NCBI GenBank assembly: GCA_036004365.1
Contig: DASYRN010000030.1
Coordinates: forward strand, 705-64,704
Origin: Candidatus Binatia bacterium
GTDB lineage: Bacteria; Desulfobacterota; Binatia; UBA9968
Length of the DNA: 64,000 bases
Direction: 5' to 3'
The translations under genes were made by a program, and so were the position numbers. A model generated the notes under the pieces. It did no database searches. It saw only the letters and a list, made by a program, of their open reading frames with translations, and was not told the origin of the DNA. This document shows, in pieces, positions 37,342 through 46,892 of this stretch (position 1 is its first letter; every line of letters begins with the position of its first letter).

Positions 37342-38084
37342 CGTGCTCGTTTTTGTTGCGCCGCAAACGATATGCCAAACACTTTTGTCTTTGCATTTTG
37401 AGGCATTTTTGTTACGGATATCCTTGCATGAGGTAGTTCTTGCAGGGATTTTCCTACGAGCCGAGTAGGGCTGACTATCACCATGGCAAGACTTGAAATC
37501 ATTTCAACGCGAGCGCGGCTTGATTTACGGTTTGACTACTTGTTCCTTCCCGTTCCCTGCGTGGTGGAGGAATTTGTTAACGAGCACGTTGCCGGTTCGG
37601 ATAGTCAACAGCTCAGCCAGCGATAGTTTTCGACATGAGAGTAGGGACAAATGTCATGGTGGACATCTCGATGTTGATTCAGGACATTTTTGGCGGTTTG
37701 CTGTCATGTTCTGATCATCTTGTCTCGTTCAAAAGCCTTAAGACACCGCGATTCTTTTCTTTCCGGAATACTCCCAGACACTGGCACAGTTTGTGCGTAG
37801 ATATTCGCTCCATGCAACAACCATTTCATTCCAAAAGAATACTCAAACCGGATGTTCCCCCACCAACGGATAACGGGTTCTTTGAAAAGTTAGGTCATGG
37901 CTTCGTTGTGGGCGCCATCGGGTTTTGCTGCGCAGTGAGCGCAGTCGCGCTAGTGCTTCTGATGTCCTGATCGATCTCACCGCCCAGCCCGCCGTGCGGC
38001 TTTGGATTGGCGGTCAATCATCTGCGACAAGCCCGTTCTCGCGCTTCGGGCTGTAGATTATCCATAAATACAAAAAACTGGGCC

Positions 38085-39392
38085 TCAAAGGTAAGCCAAA
38101 AACCGCCCCGGATTGAGAATGCCATGAGGATCGAATTGGCGCTTGATCTCGCGCATTAGTGATATGCTGGGAGGAGGTTGGCCCCAAACATCGATGCCCT
38201 CTTTTAACCCAGGAGGTGCCGCCGCTATCGCCGCATGCCCTCTATGGTTTTCTGCCAGGGCAGCAAGTCTGGGAAACCACTCGATGCTTGATGGATCGGC
38301 ATCCAGTAGCAGCCAGATTGTCCCGGTGGCTGCGTGAGCAATGTAGCGAATAGGCTTTTCGGACATCCCCCACTGGTTAACCACAGACAATACGTCCGCC
38401 ACTGATCCAGAGGGAGTGGTAATGCGATAGAGAATCCCCTCACCATTCATCCCAAAATTCTCGATCTCTTCCCAGAGCCGCTGGTGGGACTCATCCCGGA
38501 ATTCTTCAGAGGTAAGTCCAACTTGCTGGGCAATTTCTTTCAGATCACGAACATGTCTCGTGACAGCTTCCTCAAACCCCTCAACCCAAGTCAGGACAGA
38601 AGTTGTTTGCCGACTGTAACCGGGAGCTTTGGCTGCGTCGGGGCTAAGGATGGTTACGGCCGCCGGAAGCAGCGGCGAAGAATGTAGCTTGTCAACAAAG
38701 CACGTACACTGTTCCAACGAACCTGAAACGAAGAAGGAGGCCGCGCGTTCTGGGAGTGGCGCCACCCTAAACGTCAGTTCGGTTATGATTCCGAGTGTTC
38801 CCAGCGAGCCAACAAAGAGCTTGCACACATCATAACCGGCCACGTTTTTCACCACCTTGCCGCCGGCCTTGATCTGTTCGCCCGTCGCAAGGACCATTTT
38901 CATCCCGATGACGAGATCGCGCAGACCGCCGTGCGCCATCCGTCGGGGTCCGTTGCTGTTTGCGGCTACCACGCCACCGATTGTCGCCCGTGAAGGGTGA
39001 GGCGGATCGACTGGTAAGAACTGCCGCCGCTGGCGCAGATTCTCCTGAAAAGAGCCGACCCTCATCCCAGCTTCGGCCGTAGCTGTGAGGTTGGCGGCGT
39101 CATGCTCGATAAGACTGTTCAATTTCTCCAGCCTGATTACGACATCGACCCGGCGCGGGAGATTGCCTAATGCCATGGAGGTTCCTCCGCCCCACGGAAT
39201 GACTGAGGCTTGAGCCTCAGCGCAGATGCGTAGGATCGAGCTCGCCTGCTCCGGCGCAGAGGGAAGACAAAGAAGGGTTGGAACTTTGCCGTCTACGGCG
39301 TAAGAGGCCAGGGAGGATGGGTTGCATTCTACTGATCCAGCGCCGAGATCGCTTGCTAATCTGGCGCTTAACGCTTCAATAGAAAGTTTCAT
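38085..39392 (-). CDS. glcE: Glycolate oxidase FAD-binding subunit
   Basis: FAD_binding_4 (PCMH) pattern. Adjacent to glcF and glcD. Confidence 0.7.
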   Translation of the reverse strand: MKLSIEALSARLASDLGAGSVECNPSSLASYAVDGKVPTLLCLPSAPEQASSILRICAEAQASVIPWGGGTSMALGNLPRRVDVVIRLEKLNSLIEHDAANLTATAEAGMRVGSFQENLRQRRQFLPVDPPHPSRATIGGVVAANSNGPRRMAHGGLRDLVIGMKMVLATGEQIKAGGKVVKNVAGYDVCKLFVGSLGTLGIITELTFRVAPLPERAASFFVSGSLEQCTCFVDKLHSSPLLPAAVTILSPDAAKAPGYSRQTTSVLTWVEGFEEAVTRHVRDLKEIAQQVGLTSEEFRDESHQRLWEEIENFGMNGEGILYRITTPSGSVADVLSVVNQWGMSEKPIRYIAHAATGTIWLLLDADPSSIEWFPRLAALAENHRGHAAIAAAPPGLKEGIDVWGQPPPSISLMREIKRQFDPHGILNPGRFLAYL

Positions 39393-40705
39393 TTCGATGA
39401 AGGGTTTTGGGCGGGGTCGTAAGCGCGTTCGAGGAGATCCATCAAGTGGAACACTTGGACCGGCGGACCGTAGCGCTTTGCCCCGTAGCGAAGTTGGAGC
39501 ATGCAGCCGGGGTTCGGCGCGATTACCGCTTGGGCAGAAGTTTGCGCAATCGCTTCCATCTTTTCCCTCAAAAGCTCCTGGGACATCTCAGGATGGGTGA
39601 GATTATAAATCCCGGCGCTGCCGCAGCAGCGATCCGAGGCATTCATTTCGGTGAATTGAATCCCAGGAATAGCTTTTAAAAGCTGGCGCGGCTGCGCCTT
39701 GATCTTCTGACCATGTGCTAGGTGACAGGGATCCTGGTAGGTGACAGCCATTTCGATCTGGCCTAGGGGGCCGACCAGCCCGAGTTCGGCCAGGAACTCG
39801 CTGGCATCTTTGACCAACCGGCCGAAGCTCTGCGCCCTTTCCGCATAGGTCGGATCGTCCCGCAGCAGATGGCCATACTCCTTCATCGCTGCGCCACAGC
39901 CGGCGGCATTCACAATGACAGCATCCAAGTTGGAGCCGAGGAAGGCGTCGATATTCTGCCGGGCCATCTTTTTTGCCATCGTGGTTTCACCGTTGTGGAT
40001 ATTGAGCGCGCCGCAGCAAATCTGTCTCTTCGGGATCACAACGTCGCAGCCGTTCAGTCGAAGCACGCGTAGTGTTGCCTCGTTGATATCGGGGAAAAGA
40101 ATGCTCATAACGCAACCGCTCAGCATACCTACGCGGGCCCGCGTTTTTCCGATCGCTGGCATGACTTCCGCTGCAGGCCTGAAGAAATGGTTCGGTACTG
40201 AGGGCAGCATCTCATTCATCTCTCGCAACCGCTTAGGTAAGTATTTGTGGACCAAGCGCTCGGTTCCGCTTCGCTGGTAGAGTCTAAGAAACCTTGCGAC
40301 CATCCGTAGCCGTGGCGCGTACGGTAGGAGATAAATGAATGCGAACTTTGTTAGCGCGCGGGCCAACGGCGATCCCGGCGGCCCTAGAAGTTCTCGCGCC
40401 GATTCCGCAATGCGGCCGTATTGAACGCCGGAAGGGCAGGCGGTCTCGCAGGCCCGGCACATCAAGCAGAGATAGATATGATCTCCAAATCGCTCATTCG
40501 GCTCGATGCGCCCTTCCGCTGCCGCCCGCACCAGGTGGATCCGGCCGCGGGGCGATTCTGATTCGATATGAAGCACTCGGTAGGTCGGACATTGGTTGAG
40601 ACAGAGGCCGCAGTGAACGCACTGATAAAGTTCGGGAACATTCAGCGCTTCGATCTTCGACCGATGACTATGGTCTTGTTTCTGCTCAACCTGATCCAAA
40701 TGCAA
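39389..40705 (-). CDS. glcF: Glycolate oxidase iron-sulfur subunit (2x 4Fe-4S plus CCG domains); TTG start
   Basis: CVHCGLCLNQCP and CLMCRACETACP ferredoxin motifs. Two CCG motifs (CCGALNIH; CCGSAGIYN). Confidence 0.8.
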   Translation of the reverse strand: MHLDQVEQKQDHSHRSKIEALNVPELYQCVHCGLCLNQCPTYRVLHIESESPRGRIHLVRAAAEGRIEPNERFGDHIYLCLMCRACETACPSGVQYGRIAESARELLGPPGSPLARALTKFAFIYLLPYAPRLRMVARFLRLYQRSGTERLVHKYLPKRLREMNEMLPSVPNHFFRPAAEVMPAIGKTRARVGMLSGCVMSILFPDINEATLRVLRLNGCDVVIPKRQICCGALNIHNGETTMAKKMARQNIDAFLGSNLDAVIVNAAGCGAAMKEYGHLLRDDPTYAERAQSFGRLVKDASEFLAELGLVGPLGQIEMAVTYQDPCHLAHGQKIKAQPRQLLKAIPGIQFTEMNASDRCCGSAGIYNLTHPEMSQELLREKMEAIAQTSAQAVIAPNPGCMLQLRYGAKRYGPPVQVFHLMDLLERAYDPAQNPSSK

Positions 40706-40710
40706 CGGCC

Positions 40711-40778
40711 CCCCAGTTTCTGGTCTCTAGTTTCCAGTCCTAACTAGCAACGAGAAATTTGGAACTAGAAACAAGATA
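40711..40778. repeat. AT-rich AGTTTC-containing element with imperfect inverted repeat (CTAGTTTCC ... GGAACTAGAAAC) between glcD and glcF
   Basis: Occupies the whole glcD-glcF intergenic spacer. Confidence 0.5.
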
Positions 40779-40780
40779 TT

Positions 40781-42217
40781 TTAGATCCACAGACCGGCAG
40801 GAATCTTCGCTGGCTCCCTGCGGATCTCGCCACAGGTCGCCGGAGTCGGAAAGAGCTTCGCCGGGTTGAAGCGGCTTTCGGGATCGAAAGCGCGCCGCAC
40901 ACGCATCATGGCCTCCAGATCTTCACTGTTAAATAGCAATCCGATGTAGGCCTTTTTCTCGATGCCGATGCCGTGTTCGCCGGTGATGCTGCCACCAAGC
41001 TCGATACATGCCTTTACGATGAGTCCGCCGGCTTCGATGACGCGATCCAGCTCACCCGGCGTGCGCATGTCGAAAAGGATGTTGGGGTGCAGATTGCCGT
41101 CGCCTGCGTGAAAGACATTGGCCACCTGCAGGCTGTAGCGTTGGCTGATTTCCGCGATTCGCCTCATAATCTCAGGCAACCGGCTGCGCGGCACAACTCC
41201 ATCCTGGACATAATAATTGGGCGCGAGCAGACCCAGAGCGCCAAACGCTCCTTTGCGACCTTTCCATAAGAGCTGGCGCTCGGCTTCGTCCTTGGCAAGT
41301 CTAACCTCGCGTGCGCGGTTTTTGGTGCAGATGGACTCAACGAGCGCCATCGCTTGTTCGGTGTGCTCGCGCACGCCCTCTATCTCGACAAGCAAGACTG
41401 CGGCTGCGTCCCTCGGGTAGCCGCACGGAGCACCTCTCTCCACCGCCTCGATCGTCAGTCGATCCATCATTTCGAGGGCGGCGGGAATGATCCCCGCGGC
41501 AGTGATATCGACGACGGTTTGCGTCGCCCGATCCGTTTGGTCAAAGATCGCCAGCAGCGTGCGCACCGATTCGCGCGTTCTCATCAGGCGCACCGCCGCT
41601 TTGGTGACGATCCCCATCGTCCCCTCGGAGCCGACAAAGACACCACAGAGGTCGTAGCCTGGCGAGTCAGGAACCATGCCGCCGAGCCAGACGACTTGGC
41701 CATCATCAAGGACCACCTCGATGCCGAGGACATGATTCGTGGTCACACCGTAGGCGAGCGTGTGAGGGCCGCCGGAATTGTTCGCTATATTACCACCAAT
41801 AGAACAAGCGGCTTGGCTGCTTGGGTCGGGCGCATAGAAGAAGCCGTCCTTTAGTAGGCTCTTGGTCACATCGAGGTTGATCACACCTGGCTCGACGATG
41901 GCGAGGCTGTTTTTTAGATCGATTTCGAGGATGCGGTTGAGACGCGCCAACGATAGGACGATGCCGCCTTCGGCCGGAACCGCGCCGCCAGCAAGTCCAG
42001 TCCCTGAGCCGCGAGGAACGATGGGGACGTTGGCTCGCCGCGCCGCTTTGATCACGGCGGACACCTGCTCGACATCGCCGGGCAGCACGACGATCTCCGG
42101 CATGACCTGGAAGATCGAGCCGTCTTGCTCGTAGACGATGACATCTTCCTTCTCAATGAGCATGTAATGATCGCCCACGATTCCACGCAGCTCCTGGATG
42201 AGGGCATCGCGGCTCAT
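40781..42217 (-). CDS. glcD: Glycolate oxidase subunit GlcD (FAD-linked oxidase)
   Basis: FAD-binding PCMH domain plus FAD-oxidase C-terminal domain (HAGDGNLHPN). Confidence 0.85.
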   Translation of the reverse strand: MSRDALIQELRGIVGDHYMLIEKEDVIVYEQDGSIFQVMPEIVVLPGDVEQVSAVIKAARRANVPIVPRGSGTGLAGGAVPAEGGIVLSLARLNRILEIDLKNSLAIVEPGVINLDVTKSLLKDGFFYAPDPSSQAACSIGGNIANNSGGPHTLAYGVTTNHVLGIEVVLDDGQVVWLGGMVPDSPGYDLCGVFVGSEGTMGIVTKAAVRLMRTRESVRTLLAIFDQTDRATQTVVDITAAGIIPAALEMMDRLTIEAVERGAPCGYPRDAAAVLLVEIEGVREHTEQAMALVESICTKNRAREVRLAKDEAERQLLWKGRKGAFGALGLLAPNYYVQDGVVPRSRLPEIMRRIAEISQRYSLQVANVFHAGDGNLHPNILFDMRTPGELDRVIEAGGLIVKACIELGGSITGEHGIGIEKKAYIGLLFNSEDLEAMMRVRRAFDPESRFNPAKLFPTPATCGEIRREPAKIPAGLWI

Positions 42218-42389
42218 TCTTTAGAATCCTCCTGGTCGAATGCCAGGATTGAGCTTGAAGGAAGGTTACTGACGAACATGAAAGAAGCCTATCCGAGGGC
42301 AAGATGGGGCGCAAGCAGATGTACTCGATCGCAACGTTTGAGACAGGGAAGGATAGTTGGTCGCCAACAACGGGAGCTCATCGACGACA

Positions 42390-44552
42390 TCAGGGAGTCG
42401 CCTGGACCTCAAGGGCGCCGAGCCGCTCCTTGCCCTCGGACAACATGGGCAGATCCGAGTCGGCATCTTTCCAAAAATGCAGAAAGCGTCGGTAAGCTTC
42501 GCTTGCGGCACGGAAGTCTTGATTCTCCTCGCACAGCAAGCCGAGACGATAGTGAAACTGGATCATGTGTGGGGAGGAGTGTCGTTCGGACTCCAGGGCC
42601 TTCCGGTAACAAGCAATCGCATTGTCCCGGTCTCCCTTGAAGGTATAAGTCTCCGCAAGAGCCCCCATGTAAACGCGGTGGTATCTTCTGCGTGCAACAA
42701 GCATGGCCTTTTCCAGCCACGTGATAGCCTTCTCATGATCTCCACGGGTGCGGTCGAGCATTGCAACTAAGAACAGGTAGTCGGCATTCTCCTCCCGAGA
42801 CTTGCTACTCAACGTGAGTAGCTCGTTGGCGATCTGCTCGCCCTCCTCAAACCGTTTCATACCGGCGTAGGTCAGGCCGAGCCCCACCTTGGCATCGACA
42901 CTGGAGGAATCGATCGCGAGGGCGCGCTGGTAGGCTTGCAGGCCCTGCTCATAGTTTCCCCTCGAATGATGGAGATCGCCGAGGTAAATCCAAGTCCAAT
43001 CGAAGTCGGGAAGGAGCTCGGAAGTTCGTTGGAGCTGAGCGATCGCCGCGCGATACCGGCCCGCTTTTTCGTAAGTGGCCGCTAGTTGAATGAGAGCCTT
43101 GGGGTGGAAGGGATCGAGCCTTAAGGCCGTTTGATACTCGGCGATCGCCTCCTCGAGCTGGTCACGATGATAGTAAACATCCCCTAGGCTATCATGGGCA
43201 TGGGCGTGGTTAGGATCCAAGAGGAGGACTCGCCTCATGGCTCCCTCCTCCCGGTCCCAGTCCTCTCGCATTTCATAAACGAAGCCGAGGGCGAAATGGG
43301 CTGCTGGCAGGCGTTGGTCGATGCCCAATGCTTTGAGCGCTGCTTCCTCAGCCTTGCCGAGCCACATCGCCTTCTCGTCCCAACCTCTATTGATGAATTG
43401 CGCATAGCAAAGGGAAAGGCCGGCGTAAGCCAGGGCATAATTCGGGTCCAGCTCCAGAGCTTTGAGGTACATCTCGATGGCGGCCCGGTTTCCTCCTCTT
43501 GTGTACTGATAGAAAAGATGCCTGCCGCGGGAGTAGTAGTCGTAGGCCTCAATGCTCTGAGTGGGAATGGCCGAGAGCTGGACTCTCTCGGCCTCACTGA
43601 GGTTCACTCTGAGAGCCTCTGCAATCTTCTCGGAGACCTCGTCTTGGATCTCGAACAGATCATCTAAGTTGCGATCGTACACTTCAGACCAGAGGTGAAA
43701 GCCGTCCACGGCGTTGATGAGCTGGCCCGTGATCCGAAGCCGCTTGCCAAGCTTGCGCACGCTCCCTTCAAGAACGGACCCCACTCCTAATTCCCGCCCT
43801 ACCTCCCGCGGGTCAATGCCGGTTCCCTTGTAGCGGAGGACAGTGCTGCGGGAGGCGACTTTGAGCTCCCGGATCTTCGAGAGGCGGGTGATGATCTCCT
43901 CGGTCATTCCGTCGCTAAAGTACTCGTTCTCCGGATCGGAGCTCATGTTGTGGAACGGGAGAACGGCGATCGACCTCACGCCGGTGCGGGTTTCCGGGGA
44001 CTTGGGCTCACCCGCTGCTTCACTGGGCACCAGATCGTAGATCCTGATTGGCTCTTTGATGTTGCGGAGCTGTCTCTCTCCGAGATCTCGGAAGGAGAGG
44101 CCTTTCTGGTTGCGGACCTGTTGGTAGACCTCGCCGGAGATGTAAACGCCTCCCGGCGGGACCAGGGGCTCGATGCGGCTGGCGACATTGACCCCGCTGC
44201 CAAAGAGGTGCTGGCCCTCCTGTAACAGGTCTCCAAGGTGGATGCCAATGCGAGCCAGGAGCGGCTGGCCGCCTTCGTCGCGCCGATTGCGGGCAGCTAG
44301 CTCTTTCTGGAAGGCGGACGCGGAGCGGACGGCTTGCACGGCGCTGCTGAAGGCCGCAAAAAAACCGTCCCCAACGGTGTCGATGATTTCTCCCGAGTGG
44401 TCTTGAATGGTTTTGCCGGCGATCTGCCGGTATTCCCCGAGGAGCTGGAGAGCCTGGGTTTCGCTCTCCTCCATGAGGTGGCTATAGCCCACCATGTCGC
44501 AGAACACGATTGCTGCGAGGCGCCGCTGAGTGTCGGGGGTTTTGTCAATCAA
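42390..44552 (-). CDS. Class III adenylate/guanylate cyclase with C-terminal TPR-repeat domain
   Basis: N-terminal CHD (IVFCDMVGYSHLM ... DTVGDGFFAAF). Long TPR array in the C-terminal half. Confidence 0.75.
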   Translation of the reverse strand: MIDKTPDTQRRLAAIVFCDMVGYSHLMEESETQALQLLGEYRQIAGKTIQDHSGEIIDTVGDGFFAAFSSAVQAVRSASAFQKELAARNRRDEGGQPLLARIGIHLGDLLQEGQHLFGSGVNVASRIEPLVPPGGVYISGEVYQQVRNQKGLSFRDLGERQLRNIKEPIRIYDLVPSEAAGEPKSPETRTGVRSIAVLPFHNMSSDPENEYFSDGMTEEIITRLSKIRELKVASRSTVLRYKGTGIDPREVGRELGVGSVLEGSVRKLGKRLRITGQLINAVDGFHLWSEVYDRNLDDLFEIQDEVSEKIAEALRVNLSEAERVQLSAIPTQSIEAYDYYSRGRHLFYQYTRGGNRAAIEMYLKALELDPNYALAYAGLSLCYAQFINRGWDEKAMWLGKAEEAALKALGIDQRLPAAHFALGFVYEMREDWDREEGAMRRVLLLDPNHAHAHDSLGDVYYHRDQLEEAIAEYQTALRLDPFHPKALIQLAATYEKAGRYRAAIAQLQRTSELLPDFDWTWIYLGDLHHSRGNYEQGLQAYQRALAIDSSSVDAKVGLGLTYAGMKRFEEGEQIANELLTLSSKSREENADYLFLVAMLDRTRGDHEKAITWLEKAMLVARRRYHRVYMGALAETYTFKGDRDNAIACYRKALESERHSSPHMIQFHYRLGLLCEENQDFRAASEAYRRFLHFWKDADSDLPMLSEGKERLGALEVQATP

Positions 44553-44897
44553 TTTTCTACGACTCCAATCTTGCTTCCTCTGCTCTAGAGGCTGCCCTGT
44601 TCTCCGATCTGGAGCGGCCGCGCCGGGTCGGTTACTGTGCGCCGGTGGGAGCGTCGAAAGGATAGCGGATGCTACAGCGCGGATGAAGCGCCAGTCAAGT
44701 CTAAAGTAGGGGGTCCCTCCTCTGCTGCTAGAACGCCTCCCTTGTCCCCTGAATTTTTCTCACCTGTATCTGGTTCAGAGGATGTAAGGGGGTGTCAATA
44801 GGGATTGACGCGAATCTGCAAAATATATATAAGCATGTGGCGCAATGTTGCATGCCAGTTACGGATATTACATACCAGTTACGAAAGGAGAAGGACC

Positions 44898-46109
44898 ATG
44901 ACTGATCGAAAGAAAGTCCAGGAACAAGGCGCTGAGAAGATCTCACGCCGGAATGTCCTTAAGGCTGCGGTTGCTGCAGGAGGTGCGGCGGCGCTTGGCT
45001 TCCCGGCGATCGTGAAGGCGCAGGGACCGACCACGATGCGCTGGCAGAGTACCTGGCCGCAGAAAGATATCTTTCATGAGTATGCTCTCGACTTCGCCAA
45101 GAAGGTCAACGACATGACCGGCGGCGACCTCAAGATCGAGGTGCTGCCTGCCGGCGCGGTCGTGCCGGCCTTCGGCCTGCTCGACGCCGTGTCAAAGGGC
45201 ACGCTCGACGGCGGTCACGGCGTCCTCGTGTATCATTACGGCAAGAGCACGGCGCTTGCGCTCTGGGGGTCGAGTCCTGCTTACGGCATGGACGCCAACA
45301 TGCTGCTCGCCTGGCACAAGTACGGCGGCGGCAAGGAGCTGCTCGAGAAGCTCTACAAATCGCTTAATGCCAACGTCGTTTCCTTCCCGTACGGTCCAAT
45401 GCCGACCCAGCCGCTCGGCTGGTACAAGAAGGTGATCACCAAACCGGACGACTTCAAGGGTATGAAGTTCCGCACCGTTGGCATCTCGATTGACCTTTTC
45501 ACCGGCCTCGGCGCGGCTGTGAACGCGCTGCCCGGCGGCGAGATCGTGCCGGCGTTGGACCGTGGTCTGATCGAGGCGGCGGAGTTCAACAACGCGTCCT
45601 CCGACCGTGTCCTCGGCTTCCCCGACGTCTCCAAGATTTGTATGTTGCAAAGCTACCACCAGAACGCCGAACAGTTCGAGATCCTGTTTAACAAGACCAA
45701 GTTCGACGCGCTGCCGGAGAAGATGAGGGCGATCATCGCATACGCCGTGGAGGCTGCTTCCCAGGATATGTCGTGGAAAGCGATCGACCGCTACTCGAAA
45801 GACTACATCGAAATGCAAACCAAAGATAAAGTGAGGTTCTATAAGACGCCGGATTCGGTGCTGCAGAAGCAGCTCGTCGTCTTCGACGAGGTCGAGGCGA
45901 AGTATTCCGGGCAGAACCCGATGTTCAAGGAGATCGCCGAATCGCAGCGCAAGTTCGCAGAGCGAGCGGTGAAGTGGGACCTCGACACCAATGTCAGCCG
46001 CCGCATGGCCTACAACCACTACTTCGCCAAGAAAGCCGCCAAGCCGGCAGCCAAGGGCGCGGCCCCGGCGGACAAGCCAGCTGCCAAACCGGAGCCCAAG
46101 AAGAGCTAG
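44898..46109 (+). CDS. dctP: TRAP transporter substrate-binding protein (DctP family) with Tat signal
   Basis: SRRNVLKAAVAAGGAAAL twin-arginine signal. Followed by DctQ- and DctM-like permeases. RBS AAAGGAGAAGG. Confidence 0.6.
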   Translation: MTDRKKVQEQGAEKISRRNVLKAAVAAGGAAALGFPAIVKAQGPTTMRWQSTWPQKDIFHEYALDFAKKVNDMTGGDLKIEVLPAGAVVPAFGLLDAVSKGTLDGGHGVLVYHYGKSTALALWGSSPAYGMDANMLLAWHKYGGGKELLEKLYKSLNANVVSFPYGPMPTQPLGWYKKVITKPDDFKGMKFRTVGISIDLFTGLGAAVNALPGGEIVPALDRGLIEAAEFNNASSDRVLGFPDVSKICMLQSYHQNAEQFEILFNKTKFDALPEKMRAIIAYAVEAASQDMSWKAIDRYSKDYIEMQTKDKVRFYKTPDSVLQKQLVVFDEVEAKYSGQNPMFKEIAESQRKFAERAVKWDLDTNVSRRMAYNHYFAKKAAKPAAKGAAPADKPAAKPEPKKS

Positions 46110-46160
46110 CCGCTCGGTGGCGCATCCCAGCTATCCCGCCAGCCATCCGCCACATGGCGG

Positions 46161-46892
46161 ATGGCTGGCCTCTTTTATACGGCGATGAACGCCTGGGGTC
46201 TGTTCCAAACAATCGACAAGGTCAGCTACTGGTCGGGCAAGGCCTTCGCATGGCTGATTGTGGCGCTGACCTTTGTGGTCTCCGTCGAGGTCTTCAAGCG
46301 CTACATCCTGAACGCGCCGACCGCCTGGATCTTCGACCTCAACAACATGCTATATGGCACCCTCTTCATGATGTGCGGCGCCTACACCTTGGCGCTGAGC
46401 GCGCACGTGCGCGCCGACTTCGTCTACATCTATCTGCGTCCGCGCGGCCAGGCGGCTCTCGACCTGGCGCTGTACTTACTCTTCTTTATCCCGGGCATCC
46501 TGGGGCTCATCTATGCGGGTTACGGTTACGCCGCCGACTCCTGGCGCATCGGGGAGCACTCGACCGTGACTGCGGAGGGGCCGCCCATCTACCACTTCAA
46601 ATCGGTGATCCCGATCGCGGGCGCGCTGGTGATGATCCAAGGATTAGCCGAGATCGTACGTTGCATCGAGTGCCTGCGCACCGGCGCCTGGCCCGCGCGG
46701 CTGGAAGACGTCGAAGAGATCGACGTTATCGACACGCAGCTCTCGCACAGCGAGTACGTGGACGAAGAATCGCGCCAGGCCGCTATGCAGACGGCGCACG
46801 CGATCGACGAGGCCGCGCGCCATCGCAGCGTAATGGAAGAAGGTGTGGTGCACGAGAGAGCCGTCAAAGAGAGCGAGCAGAAGAAGCCGTGA
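46161..46892 (+). CDS. dctQ: TRAP transporter small permease (DctQ-like) with extended acidic C-terminal tail
   Basis: Four TM helices. Located between dctP and dctM. Confidence 0.6.
   Translation: MAGLFYTAMNAWGLFQTIDKVSYWSGKAFAWLIVALTFVVSVEVFKRYILNAPTAWIFDLNNMLYGTLFMMCGAYTLALSAHVRADFVYIYLRPRGQAALDLALYLLFFIPGILGLIYAGYGYAADSWRIGEHSTVTAEGPPIYHFKSVIPIAGALVMIQGLAEIVRCIECLRTGAWPARLEDVEEIDVIDTQLSHSEYVDEESRQAAMQTAHAIDEAARHRSVMEEGVVHERAVKESEQKKP

Noticed and set aside
37493-37970. Small ORFs 37493..37714 and 37635..37970 downstream of tRNA-Thr
   Set aside because: No motifs. They sit in a low-GC, structure-rich region and overlap each other. More likely non-coding.
45974-46888. 5' extension of the dctM reading frame back to 45974
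   Set aside because: The extension overlaps dctP and dctQ in another frame. The sensible start is the GTG at 46889, overlapping the dctQ stop.
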